Source: Sphingopyxis sp. (GTDB taxonomy: Bacteria > Pseudomonadota > Alphaproteobacteria > Sphingomonadales > Sphingomonadaceae). Taken from it: a stretch of 64,000 bases of DNA. The translations under genes were made by a program, and so were the position numbers. Below the pieces are notes generated by a model. The model was not told the DNA's origin and did no database searches. It saw nothing but the letters and a program-made list of their open reading frames with translations. Below, in pieces: positions 17,376 through 27,023 of this stretch. The stretch is taken from positions 5,990-69,989 of the forward strand of contig NZ_DATFFD010000011.1 in assembly GCF_035250425.1 (NCBI RefSeq). The letters are read 5' to 3'. Position 1 is the stretch's first letter. Each line of letters begins with the position of its first letter.

Positions 17376-19121
17376 GTGCGAATAGAAGAAGTCGACGTGC
17401 TCGTTGTGGGTGCGGGGCCGACCGGCCTCACCGCGGCCATCCTGCTTGCCGATTTCGGCGTTGGCGCGATCACGCTTAATCAGTATCCCGGAACCGCCCA
17501 CACGCCGCGCGCGCACATCACCAACATTCGGACAATGGAGATGTTTCGCGATATCGGCATCGAACCGGATATCGCGGCCGTTTCGGAGAAGCTCTCTTTT
17601 CTGTGCAACAATGTCATGAGCGAGTCCTTGGTCGGCACCGAACTCGCACGCTACATGAGTTATGGGAGCGGCTCGGACCGTCTTACCGACTATGCTCAGG
17701 CGAGCCCGACGGTTCCGCTGAACTGCGCGCAGCACATGATGGAGCCGGTGCTGCTTGCCGCCGCCCGCAAGCGCGGGGCAGACGTCAGATTTTCGGAGCG
17801 CCTGCTTGCGGTCGAGGATGCCGGCGAGCGCGTCGAGGCCCGGATTCTCGACATCAATGCGAACGAGGAATATCTGGTTCGCGCTAAATATTTGATTGGC
17901 GCTGATGGTGGCCGTTCGCTCGTGGCTGCGCAGTGCGGGTTCGAATTCGAAGGGGAATCGGGCCTTCGCGATATGGTGAATGTCTGGATGGACATCGACC
18001 TCGAGCGCTACACTGCCCATCGCCCCGCGGTCATCTACAGCATTCTCAAGCCTCAGGAGCGAGGCTGGGTGAACTATGGCGCCTTCATCAACGTGTCGCC
18101 GTGGAAAGACTGGATTTTTTCATCGCCCGGAACCGCCGATATCCCGGAGGAGGAACTGCTCAACCGGGTGCGCAACGCGGTCGGCGACCCTTCGATCGAC
18201 GTCCGGGTCAAGAACATATCGGGATGGCAGGTCAACCATCTCTATGCGACCTCCTACATCAAGGGGCGCGTGATCCTCGCTGGCGATGCCGCGCATCGCC
18301 ATCCGCCCTCGGGAGGTCTAGGCACCAATACATCAGTGCAGGACGCCTATAATCTGGTCTGGAAGCTCGCGCTCGTGTTGGAAGGCAAGGCAGGCGAGGG
18401 CCTGCTGAACACCTATCATGATGAGCGCATGCCGGTCGGAAAGTCCATCGTCAATCGCGCGATCCAGAGCCTCTATAATCAGGACAGCGTCGCAGTCGCG
18501 CTCGGTTCAGCCGAAGACGCGGACGAATGCCCGTCGATCGACGACATCTTCGGAGACCGCCCGGGGGCATTGGAACGTCGCACGGCTCTCGCTGCGGCCG
18601 TCAAGAAACAGGATTATCGCTCAAACGCGCTCGGCGTCGAACTGGGTCAGCAGTATCAATCGAGTGCAGTCATCGACGACGGAACTCCGCCCGTGCGGTC
18701 CGAAAAGGATCCTGAACTCTTCTACGCGCCGAGCACGCGCCCGGGCGCCTTCGTCCCGCATGTCTGGCTTGAACATGATCGCGCGCGTACATCCAGTGTC
18801 GACCTCGTGGGCAAGGGCCGCTTTACCTTGCTGATCGGCGTCGGGGGCAGCCAATGGACGGCGGCGGCTGACCGCCTCGCTGCTCAGCTAGGGATTGACC
18901 TTGCCGTTCGTCAGATCGGATATCGCTGCGAGTATGATGATGTCTATGGCGACTGGACGCGACTTCGCGGGATAGCCGACGACGGAGCGCTGCTCGTCCG
19001 CCCCGACGGCTATATTGCTTGGCGAACCGATCACATGCCCGACGAGCCGGACGCGGCGCTGCGCGCGGCATTTGACGCAATATTGTCTCTCCAGGAACAC
19101 GACCGAAGGGAAGTAGCATGA
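17376..19121 (+). CDS. FAD-dependent phenol monooxygenase (TfdB/HbpA/PheA family), copy 2
   Basis: GAGPTG, TPRAHITNIRTMEMFRDIG, IGADGGRS, LAGDAAHRHPPSGGLGTNTSVQDAYNLVWKL. GTG start after GGAGGG. Confidence 0.9.
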   Translation: MRIEEVDVLVVGAGPTGLTAAILLADFGVGAITLNQYPGTAHTPRAHITNIRTMEMFRDIGIEPDIAAVSEKLSFLCNNVMSESLVGTELARYMSYGSGSDRLTDYAQASPTVPLNCAQHMMEPVLLAAARKRGADVRFSERLLAVEDAGERVEARILDINANEEYLVRAKYLIGADGGRSLVAAQCGFEFEGESGLRDMVNVWMDIDLERYTAHRPAVIYSILKPQERGWVNYGAFINVSPWKDWIFSSPGTADIPEEELLNRVRNAVGDPSIDVRVKNISGWQVNHLYATSYIKGRVILAGDAAHRHPPSGGLGTNTSVQDAYNLVWKLALVLEGKAGEGLLNTYHDERMPVGKSIVNRAIQSLYNQDSVAVALGSAEDADECPSIDDIFGDRPGALERRTALAAAVKKQDYRSNALGVELGQQYQSSAVIDDGTPPVRSEKDPELFYAPSTRPGAFVPHVWLEHDRARTSSVDLVGKGRFTLLIGVGGSQWTAAADRLAAQLGIDLAVRQIGYRCEYDDVYGDWTRLRGIADDGALLVRPDGYIAWRTDHMPDEPDAALRAAFDAILSLQEHDRREVA

Positions 19122-19528
19122 TTTTCCACACGACGTTTCGCATTGATCTGGATCGCGCGCATGAATGGCTCGCCTGCTTGTGGCAAGGGTCGGCACCGGC
19201 CAGCATAGTGGTCCGCGAATGGATTACGCTGAAGGATGTGAAGCCGCACACCGCTGTCCTGATCTGGGAGGGCGACGAGGAAGCCAAGACATTTGTCGAC
19301 CGGGTATTCGGTTCGTTCGGTGAACTCGAGCATATCGAGGTCACATCTTCGAGCGGGATGGCATCCGCATTCGCACGCGACGTCGAGGGCTATGAAAGCA
19401 TGATGAACGGGCGTGGGGGCGATCCCGCGGAGACCGCTCGCCAGGTCGATCTTCGGCGCCGCGCGATCGCGGCGCCAAGCCCCGATGCGGCGATCGAGGC
19501 GGCGCGAGCCTGGAAAGCTGAAGCATGA
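19118..19528 (+). CDS. Hypothetical protein, possibly ferredoxin-like/dimeric alpha-beta barrel fold
   Basis: ATGA overlap with the monooxygenase stop, RBS, plausible beta-alpha-beta pattern; no family recognised with certainty. Confidence 0.65.
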   Translation: MIFHTTFRIDLDRAHEWLACLWQGSAPASIVVREWITLKDVKPHTAVLIWEGDEEAKTFVDRVFGSFGELEHIEVTSSSGMASAFARDVEGYESMMNGRGGDPAETARQVDLRRRAIAAPSPDAAIEAARAWKAEA

Positions 19529-19636
19529 CCTGAGTTAGTTCATCGGGGCCGCCGCCCGCACGACATCGGTTGCGCTTGCCAGAGTTCGGGCGGCGTACAA
19601 CCGGGACTGGCGCGGCCTCGCAACGGGAGAGAGGCG

Positions 19637-20809
19637 ATGAGCCAGATTGAACCAGAAAGACGCGACTTTCGCGATTCCAAAACGCGTGTACCCGCGATGC
19701 GTGCCGCACGCCTTCACGACAGGCTTCAGCCGCTGCGCATCGACTCGGTCGAACGGCCGTCCCCGCGGCCTAACGACGTCCTCGTCGAAATTCATGCCTG
19801 CGGCGTGGTTCCCAATGTGCTGAATGTGCTGAATTACAGCGACGATTTTATCGCGGTCCAGCCACCCAAGCCTGCCATTTTCGGCCTAGATGTCGGCGGA
19901 ATCGTCGTCAAGAAAGGCGATCTGGTTCACGGTTTCGAAATCGGGGACCGCGTCTATGTCAATCCCGCCAGATACTGCGGCACGTGTCATCATTGCCGGA
20001 GGGACCACCCGTTCGCCTGTGATTCCTACACGTTGAACGGCTACTTCGGTCTCGCGCCGAAATCCGCCCAGATGTTTCGCGACTACCCCTACGGCGGTTA
20101 CGCAGAATATATGACGGCGCCGGGTTACAGCTTGGTGAGGCTGGCGGACGGCATCGATTTCTCCCTCGCCGCGCGGTGGGGGTATCTTGGAACGGCCTAT
20201 GCGGCGCTTCAGCGCGCGCATTTCACGCCTTTCGACACCCTCCTCATCAACGGCGTCTCCGGAACGCTCGGTATAGGCGGGGTCCTATTCGGTCTTGCCA
20301 TGGGGGCAACCCGCATTCTCGGCGCCGGCCGCGATCCCGATCTCCTCGCACGCGTTAAAGCGATAGCACCGGACCGGATCGAGGTTTTCTCGACTAATGA
20401 GGACACTCCACTCGCCCAATGGGTCTTTTCCCGAACCGGAGGATATGGCGCGGACGTTGTCCTGGACGCGCTTGCGCCCGAGGCGAGCATCGAAGCTTTT
20501 GAAGCCGGCATCGATTCCCTCGCGAAATACGGGCGCCACGTCAATTGTGGGGGCATTTTGCAGCGTGCGTCCTTCGACACGCCACGCGTGATGGTGAGCT
20601 CGCAGTCGATATTGGGATCGAACTGGTTCACGAGCGCACAGGCGCGCGAAATGATGGAACTCGCGCAAGCCGGTCGCGTGGATCTGTCGATATTCGATCA
20701 TCATGGCTTTGCGCTCGATGACATTAACGAAGCGCTCGCGGCGGTCGAACGGCGCGCGGGGGGCTTCTCGAACTATTTCGTCACGCCGCAATCGGGAGTG
20801 GGGGCATGA
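19637..20809 (+). CDS. MDR-superfamily oxidoreductase, paralogue of 3363-4523
   Basis: HACGVVPN, FGLDVGG, CGTCHHC...C, RWGYLGT, INGVSGTLG. Confidence 0.85.
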   Translation: MSQIEPERRDFRDSKTRVPAMRAARLHDRLQPLRIDSVERPSPRPNDVLVEIHACGVVPNVLNVLNYSDDFIAVQPPKPAIFGLDVGGIVVKKGDLVHGFEIGDRVYVNPARYCGTCHHCRRDHPFACDSYTLNGYFGLAPKSAQMFRDYPYGGYAEYMTAPGYSLVRLADGIDFSLAARWGYLGTAYAALQRAHFTPFDTLLINGVSGTLGIGGVLFGLAMGATRILGAGRDPDLLARVKAIAPDRIEVFSTNEDTPLAQWVFSRTGGYGADVVLDALAPEASIEAFEAGIDSLAKYGRHVNCGGILQRASFDTPRVMVSSQSILGSNWFTSAQAREMMELAQAGRVDLSIFDHHGFALDDINEALAAVERRAGGFSNYFVTPQSGVGA

Positions 20810-21858
20810 ACTTCCTGCAGAACTGCTGGTATGCCGCAGCCTTGGCGAACGAGCTTGCAGACGCACCTCTCGGTCGCACTCTGCTCGGCGAGCCCATCGC
20901 GCTCTACCGCTTGCGTTCGGGGGAGCCAGTTGCCCTTACCGACATCTGTCCGCATCGCTTCGCGCCGCTCAGCAAGGGGCAGGTCGTCGAGGATGCCATT
21001 CGCTGTCCCTATCACGGGCTCCGGTTCGGGCACGACGGCAAATGTACCCACAACCCGCTCGGCGCGGGAGTATTGCCGGCTGCCGCGAAGGTCCGCTCCT
21101 ACCCGATCCGCGAGGTCGATGGCATACTCTGGATATGGTTCGGTGACGAAAAGCCCGATTTTACGACGCTTCCGCGCTTCGAAGAATTTGGAAAACCGGA
21201 CGAATGGACCTGCGTCGAGGGATATATCCCAGTAAAATCGCATTTCCTCCTTGTGTCCGACAATCTGCTCGATCTCAGCCACGCCGAGTTTCTGCATCCC
21301 GACCTTGCCACTCCGGGTTTCAATCGCCGGGTAAAGGTGACCGTCGAGCGCGACGGCGATGCTATCGTCGCTGTAAACCGGCGTCCGAGCGAACCGATTT
21401 CGAATGCATTTCGTCTCAGCATGGGAGGGGATGAGGCACCAGATTTCGTCGACCGTGTTTCGACCGTGAGGTGGGAGGCGCCGGCCAATCTCAGTTTGAT
21501 TTTCGATGCGTTTCCGGCCGGTCAAACAACGGAGCGGGTGAGGACCGTTCAGGCCCATCTGATCACACCGGAAACGGAAACAAGCTGTCACTATTTCTTC
21601 AAGATCGCGCGTGACCACCTGCTCGATAATGCCGGGGTGAGCGAACGGATATTCGCGCTCGCCGACCATGCTTTCCGGTCGGAAGACGCGCCGATGATCG
21701 AGGCGCAGCAGCGGCGGATCGGTGAGGGGGGCTTCGATGCCATGGGCCCGGTCCTTCTTAAGAGCGACGAGGCCGCAACCCGCGCGCGAAGGATTTTCGC
21801 GGAGAAGCTCGACGCGCAGACGGAGAATGAATCGCGAGTCAACATCGGGAGGATTTGA
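20806..21858 (+). CDS. Rieske non-heme iron oxygenase alpha subunit (VanA/DdmC/TsaM-like)
   Basis: CPHR...CPYHG Rieske motif, DNLLDLSHAEFLH mononuclear Fe motif, FRSED. Confidence 0.92.
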   Translation: MNFLQNCWYAAALANELADAPLGRTLLGEPIALYRLRSGEPVALTDICPHRFAPLSKGQVVEDAIRCPYHGLRFGHDGKCTHNPLGAGVLPAAAKVRSYPIREVDGILWIWFGDEKPDFTTLPRFEEFGKPDEWTCVEGYIPVKSHFLLVSDNLLDLSHAEFLHPDLATPGFNRRVKVTVERDGDAIVAVNRRPSEPISNAFRLSMGGDEAPDFVDRVSTVRWEAPANLSLIFDAFPAGQTTERVRTVQAHLITPETETSCHYFFKIARDHLLDNAGVSERIFALADHAFRSEDAPMIEAQQRRIGEGGFDAMGPVLLKSDEAATRARRIFAEKLDAQTENESRVNIGRI

Positions 21859-22391
21859 TGGTCAGAAGAGTTGTGGCGGGTCACCGGGGCGGGAAGGCCG
21901 TTTTCCTGTCGGACGGACAGCCGGCTGGCGTCCAGAAATTCCAAGCCATGCCCGGCATGATGACGGCGCCGATCTGGGAGACGGGCCCGACAGCGGCGGT
22001 TTCGTCAAACGACGCGATCGTACCGCCGGGCGAAACAAGCTTTCTTCCGGCTCCGGGGGAAACCAGGTTCCTCTATCTGCAGGTTGCTCCACAATCGGTG
22101 ATGATGAACCCGGACTTCGACCCCGTCGCGGCGCAGGAGGAAATGTTGCGACTGCAACCGGAGATGGCGGCCTTGATGGAAGCCGATGCTCCCGGAATGC
22201 ATCGCACCGAGAGTATCGATTATGTCATCGTCCTCGACGGCGAGATCTACATCGAACTCGACGATGGCGCCGAAATCTTGCTTCGCCAGCACGATACGAT
22301 CATCCAGATCGGAACCCGGCACGCGTGGCACAATCGAAGCGACCGGCCGGTGCTGCTTGCAGTTGTCCTCGTCGGCGCTTTGCGAGGCTGA
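21855..22391 (+). CDS. Cupin-domain protein (MHRTxSxDY type)
   Basis: GMHRTESIDYVIVLDGE...IGTRHAWHN. Confidence 0.85.
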   Translation: MMVRRVVAGHRGGKAVFLSDGQPAGVQKFQAMPGMMTAPIWETGPTAAVSSNDAIVPPGETSFLPAPGETRFLYLQVAPQSVMMNPDFDPVAAQEEMLRLQPEMAALMEADAPGMHRTESIDYVIVLDGEIYIELDDGAEILLRQHDTIIQIGTRHAWHNRSDRPVLLAVVLVGALRG

Positions 22392-22394
22392 GGC

Positions 22395-23216
22395 TTGCTG
22401 TTGAGGCAGGGCACCACAACCAGCTCGGATGGCACGTCCATCGCGTTTGTCGAGACCGGCGAGCCCTCGCGGCCGCCGATCATTTTCATTCACGGCTATC
22501 TTTTTTCGACGGACGCATTTGAGCGACAGATCGAATCGAGCCTGGGAAGTTCGTTCCGATTGGTTGCTCTCGATCTCCGCGGTCACGGAAACTCTGGCAA
22601 GCCCGAGGCCTCGAGCGCTTATCAGGATGCGTCGCTTTGGGCTGACGACGTGGAAGTCGTCCTGAACGAGCTCGATATAGAAAGGGCGCTTCTTGTCGGA
22701 TGGTCGCTGGGATCGCGCGTCGCGCTTAACTATGCCTGGTGCAAGGGGTTCGAGCGCATTGCCGGTATGAACCTGGTGGCCGCGACGCTAGCGACGACGG
22801 CTCATGACGCTAGTGGCGGTCTGACCCAAGATCTCAGGAATCTTCTGTCTCTCTCCAAGCCTGAAAGGGAGGACGCAACCCGCTATTTTCTAAAATTATG
22901 CGGTGCGCCGACGCTCGACCTTGCGGCGGAAGAGCATTTTCTCGATATGGCGATGCGGGTGCCCCCGACTGCGCGCTTAGGCGCCCGCTCCTGGATGCTG
23001 CCTTATGACGACACGCTGAGCTGGGTGACGGTCCCGACGATGATCACCCACGGCGAAAGCGACCCCGTTGTCGCCGAAGCCCTGTCTCGATCGCACGTAG
23101 CCGCAATTCCAGGCGCGCGCCTCGATATCACTCCCGACGCCGGGCATCTGGCGTTTTTCCAGAATCCTGAGGTCTTTAATCAACGACTCCGATCTTTCGC
23201 CCGCGAAGTTTTCTAA
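22395..23216 (+). CDS. Alpha/beta hydrolase (arylesterase/non-heme haloperoxidase-like)
   Basis: IIFIHG, DLRGHGNS, GWSLG, HGESD, AGHLAF. TTG start is uncertain. Confidence 0.82.
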   Translation: MLLRQGTTTSSDGTSIAFVETGEPSRPPIIFIHGYLFSTDAFERQIESSLGSSFRLVALDLRGHGNSGKPEASSAYQDASLWADDVEVVLNELDIERALLVGWSLGSRVALNYAWCKGFERIAGMNLVAATLATTAHDASGGLTQDLRNLLSLSKPEREDATRYFLKLCGAPTLDLAAEEHFLDMAMRVPPTARLGARSWMLPYDDTLSWVTVPTMITHGESDPVVAEALSRSHVAAIPGARLDITPDAGHLAFFQNPEVFNQRLRSFAREVF

Positions 23217-23329
23217 CTCAAAATCGTCATACATTTCAGTCTTGCAATTTCGCCGGAATGATGACAGCCTTCGCTTGGGAAAATCGAAAAAATCGCCCGT
23301 TAGCGGCGATCGAACCACGGGAGAGGAAG

Positions 23330-25486
23330 ATGAATAACATCCGGATTGCGTCTCTGGTTGGCGTTGCTGCAGCTTCATTGATGTCGGCGCCGGCATGGGC
23401 CCAGGCATCGGGCGAGGAGGATGGCACCAAGGTTGCCGAAATCATTGTCACCGCCCAGAAGCGCGACGAGCGGCTTCAGGATGTTCCGGTAGCCGTCACC
23501 GCGGTTTCGTCCTCGCAGCTCGAGGCTGCCAATATCGAGAATGTTCTCGACCTCAACCTCGTCGCGCCGTCGCTCAACACCGTGGCGACCAACGGCATCT
23601 ATCTCGGCAACACGATTCGCGGCGTCGGTTCACTAGCCTATGGGGCAGGCGTCGAGTCGCCCGTCGGGCTCTATGTCGATGGCGTATATCAGGCCGCGCC
23701 CTTCGCGTTTTCGACGCAGCTCAACAACGTCGCGTCGGTCGAGGTGCTGAAGGGGCCGCAGGGAACATTATTCGGTCGGAACGCCACCGGCGGTCTTATC
23801 AATATCAAGACCGCTGTTCCCGGCCCTGATCCGACGGCAAAATTCTCCGTGAGCTACGGGAACTATCAGATCCTCCAGGGCGATGCCTATGTTTCGGCGG
23901 GTCTCGGTCCCAACCTGGCCGCCGACATTGCCTTCTCGGGCAAGACGCAGGGCAAGGGCTTCGGGTTCAATCCGACGACTGGGCGCGACTGGGACAAGCT
24001 TGACCATAATATCGCCCTGCGCTCGAAATGGCTTTGGACACCGGGAAGCGCTACGACGATAACGCTGATCGGCGACTATTTTGAGGGTTCGGGCACCAGC
24101 GGTGGTGGCATCTCGTACCCTGGCAAAGTCTCCGGCTACACGGGGCGCATCGCTCCCGATCTCGGGTGGGGCGCGGACAGCGATCTCGAGATTCAACGCA
24201 AGGTCAGCGGTGGCGGCGTCTCGCTGCAACTGGAGCAGGATTTCGGCGGCGTGACGCTGAACAGCATTTCTGCCTATCGGGAATCCAAATATCCGCTCCT
24301 GCAGGATATCGACTTCACGCCGCAGTCGTTGGCCTTCATCGATTATTCGCAAAAGGATCGCCAGCTTAGCCAGGAATTCCAGCTCAGCTCAGATAACAGC
24401 TCGAATTTCAAATGGACGGTCGGGCTCTTCTACTTCGATCTCAAATCTGATGTGGATTTCGTCGTCGATCTCACCGGATTTCCCTTCGTCGCCGCACGAT
24501 TCAACTATCTCGATACCGTGGGAGCCAAGTCCTATGCTGCTTATGGTCAAGGTACATATGCTCTCGGCGAAGACACCAACCTCACCGTCGGCCTCCGCTA
24601 TACGAGCGAGAAGCGCTCCGAACGCAACGCGTCCCTAGGGCTCGAGTTTGTGCCTGGCGTTATCATTCCGATTACCTATCCTGACAGGACGTCGAAGGAA
24701 AACAAGCTGACCTACCGTGTCAGCCTCGATCATCGTTTCTCGGACGAGGTCATGGTCTATGCGTCGCTCAATACCGGCTTCAAGAGCGGCGGCTTCAACT
24801 CGACCGCGCCGGGCGAAGCACCCTATCTGGCCGAAAAACTTACGGCTTATGAAGTGGGCATCAAGAGCGACCTCTTCGATCGCCGGCTCCGCGCCAATAT
24901 CTCGGGCTTCTACTATGACTACAAGAATGTTCAGGTGCAGCGCCTCTTCAACGACTCGCTGTTCATCATCAACGGACCCGCTGCACGCATCTACGGCCTT
25001 GATGCCGACTTTACGGCGGCGCTCGCCGACGGCCTCACATTCTCGGGCGGCGTGACTTGGATCGACCCGAAGTTCAAGCAGTTCCTAGGCTGCCCGCAGG
25101 CGACGCCCGCGGGCGGGGTTCCGCTTACGACCATCGGCACCGATTGTACCGGCAATCAACTGCCGTTCGCCGCGAAGTTCAATTTCAGCGGCGCTCTCAA
25201 CTACACGGCGGAGGTCGGCTCCGGAAAACTCGATCTGGCAGCGAACATCTATTATAACAGCGGATATTTCTTCGAGCCGGACAATATTCTTGAGCAGACG
25301 AAATATGCAATGCTTGGCGCCTCAGCGAAATACAAGTTCGACAATGGCCTATCGATAGGCCTGTTCGGGCGCAATCTGACCAACAAGCGCGTCATCGGAT
25401 ACGCGACCCACCAGGCCAATGGCAATGCGTCGCTCAGCTATCAGGAACCCCGTACCTACGGAGTGACCCTCGGCTTCGAATTCTAA
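23330..25486 (+). CDS. TonB-dependent receptor
   Basis: Signal peptide, EIIVTAQKR TonB-box region, EVLKGPQGTLFGRNATGG, terminal Phe. Confidence 0.93.
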   Translation: MNNIRIASLVGVAAASLMSAPAWAQASGEEDGTKVAEIIVTAQKRDERLQDVPVAVTAVSSSQLEAANIENVLDLNLVAPSLNTVATNGIYLGNTIRGVGSLAYGAGVESPVGLYVDGVYQAAPFAFSTQLNNVASVEVLKGPQGTLFGRNATGGLINIKTAVPGPDPTAKFSVSYGNYQILQGDAYVSAGLGPNLAADIAFSGKTQGKGFGFNPTTGRDWDKLDHNIALRSKWLWTPGSATTITLIGDYFEGSGTSGGGISYPGKVSGYTGRIAPDLGWGADSDLEIQRKVSGGGVSLQLEQDFGGVTLNSISAYRESKYPLLQDIDFTPQSLAFIDYSQKDRQLSQEFQLSSDNSSNFKWTVGLFYFDLKSDVDFVVDLTGFPFVAARFNYLDTVGAKSYAAYGQGTYALGEDTNLTVGLRYTSEKRSERNASLGLEFVPGVIIPITYPDRTSKENKLTYRVSLDHRFSDEVMVYASLNTGFKSGGFNSTAPGEAPYLAEKLTAYEVGIKSDLFDRRLRANISGFYYDYKNVQVQRLFNDSLFIINGPAARIYGLDADFTAALADGLTFSGGVTWIDPKFKQFLGCPQATPAGGVPLTTIGTDCTGNQLPFAAKFNFSGALNYTAEVGSGKLDLAANIYYNSGYFFEPDNILEQTKYAMLGASAKYKFDNGLSIGLFGRNLTNKRVIGYATHQANGNASLSYQEPRTYGVTLGFEF

Positions 25487-25526
25487 TCCCGCGTTTTCGA
25501 CTTCGGCACGCTCTCAGCCGGACTAA

Positions 25527-25558
25527 CCTGGTGGGGCCGTCGCCCCACCAGGATTTTT
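25527..25558 (+). terminator. Rho-independent terminator after the TonB receptor
   Basis: CCTGGTGGGGC-CGTC-GCCCCACCAGG followed by ATTTTT. Confidence 0.75.
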
Positions 25559-25829
25559 CCGTTTAGCTGCCTAAGGGGGCGCGAAGGTGATCGGAACTCG
25601 AATAGCTTTGCCCGTCGCGCCGATATCAGCGGCCGGCACCGCGACCCTTGCGAATATGCGCAGGCGCCGGCCGACCGCAGGCTGCGTCAGGGTTCTTTAA
25701 CCGCTGGCAGCGGCGCGGCGGCAAGAGCGAGGGGGAATTGCCGTTCTATGGGCGACCGCGATTCCAGTCGATCTCGACGGATCTTGAGCGGCGTTGATGC
25801 GCCCGGCGTGAGTTCGGTCGCACCAATGC

Positions 25830-26954
25830 TTATTGTATGATAAATCCTCCCGCTGCCGAGAATGCCCGGAATTCCTGATCGGTCAATCCTGCCTTCGCTT
25901 TGGCGCGCAGGGCCGCCATGGCATGTTCGTGGCCGCCGGGCGTATTCATTGTCATGAACTTGTGATCGATGTCTGGCGCTGGCGGTCCGAAGGCATGTGT
26001 GCAATTGCGCGGGGCAAAAGCCAATGCGCCGCGCTCGAGGATGACGTCGGCCGTTCCGCACGTCATCGCGAGCTGGCCATCGAGAATGAAGAACATCTCC
26101 TCCTCGGTGGGCTGATAATGCTTCGGTGCGGGCGGAATTCGCGATACGAAATTGAGCATCGCCGTACCGCCGCTTTCGTCACCTCCGAGAACGCGTTTGC
26201 GAAAACCCGGGTCGGGTCCGTCGAGGGCGACTTCGCTCTCTGGGGTGTGCACCAGCCGCGGGACCGCGCGGCGCTCGAACAGCTTTTCGCGAAGAGCTTC
26301 GAGATCGCCCTCGCCGCTGAACTCGAACTCGACCGGAGGCATTTCGCTATTCGTCAAGCTATCGTTTTCGAGCAATGCATCGTCGAACCGGAAGCCGTAG
26401 CGCGAAAGGACCGCCCGATACGGCGTGAAGTCATTTTCTTTTTTGTGCGCCCAAAGCTCATGCGCGTCCGCGAAGGCGCGCTCGAGTCCGGCGGATTGAT
26501 AGACGAGGTTCACCCAGACCGGCGCGTCGGACGTATTGCGGATGCTGAACCGCGTGCGGGGAGGGGCGTATGCGAGGGTGAAGCGGGCGGCGGTTTCGAC
26601 AAGGCTACCAACGCCGATCTCGGGCGTACCCTCGACGACAATCAGAAATGTCTCCCGATCATCGTGATAGTGCGGCGGCAGTCCTGCGCCAGGAGCGATC
26701 ACGATGCTGTGAACGCTGAGCCGGCCCGCGCTCTGTTCCCCGCGCAGATAGGTACGGATGTCGAAGCCTAGCCATGACTGGTCGATCCCGTCTTCACGGC
26801 TGGCACAGACGACCGGGCAGGCTTCGGTTTCGGCCCACCGGTTCCGGAGGCGCTCGAGATCCAGCGGCGAAGCGACCGACCATTCGATGGGGGGTCGCGG
26901 TTCGGTGATGAGGGCATTCACCCTGAGATTGTCGGCTTCATTGGCCTGAGGCAT
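25830..26954 (-). CDS. Bicupin protein (quercetin 2,3-dioxygenase-like)
   Basis: Two cupin motifs: LPPHYHDDRETFLIVVEG and PKHYQPTEEEMFFILDG...PRNCTHAF; QueD-like YLRGEQSAG and TPGGHE segments. Confidence 0.75.
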   Translation of the reverse strand: MPQANEADNLRVNALITEPRPPIEWSVASPLDLERLRNRWAETEACPVVCASREDGIDQSWLGFDIRTYLRGEQSAGRLSVHSIVIAPGAGLPPHYHDDRETFLIVVEGTPEIGVGSLVETAARFTLAYAPPRTRFSIRNTSDAPVWVNLVYQSAGLERAFADAHELWAHKKENDFTPYRAVLSRYGFRFDDALLENDSLTNSEMPPVEFEFSGEGDLEALREKLFERRAVPRLVHTPESEVALDGPDPGFRKRVLGGDESGGTAMLNFVSRIPPAPKHYQPTEEEMFFILDGQLAMTCGTADVILERGALAFAPRNCTHAFGPPAPDIDHKFMTMNTPGGHEHAMAALRAKAKAGLTDQEFRAFSAAGGFIIQ

Positions 26955-26965
26955 GTCATCTCTCC

Positions 26966-26978
26966 ATTGTCCTACAAT
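26966..26978. promoter_or_regulatory. Module A operator (perfect)
   Basis: ATTGTCCTACAAT, 12 bp upstream of the bicupin ATG. Confidence 0.75.
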
Positions 26979-27023
26979 CACGTAGTATATATCTCGCTTG
27001 TGATTTTGTAAATTGCGCGGCGC

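Noticed and set aside
25560-25829. Possible sRNA or gene relic between the terminator and the bicupin stop
   Set aside because: No convincing fold, promoter or protein similarity could be recognised by eye.
25832-25844. ATTGTATGATAAA as another Module A operator
   Set aside because: It is the last codons of the bicupin gene, a weak match, and not upstream of any gene.
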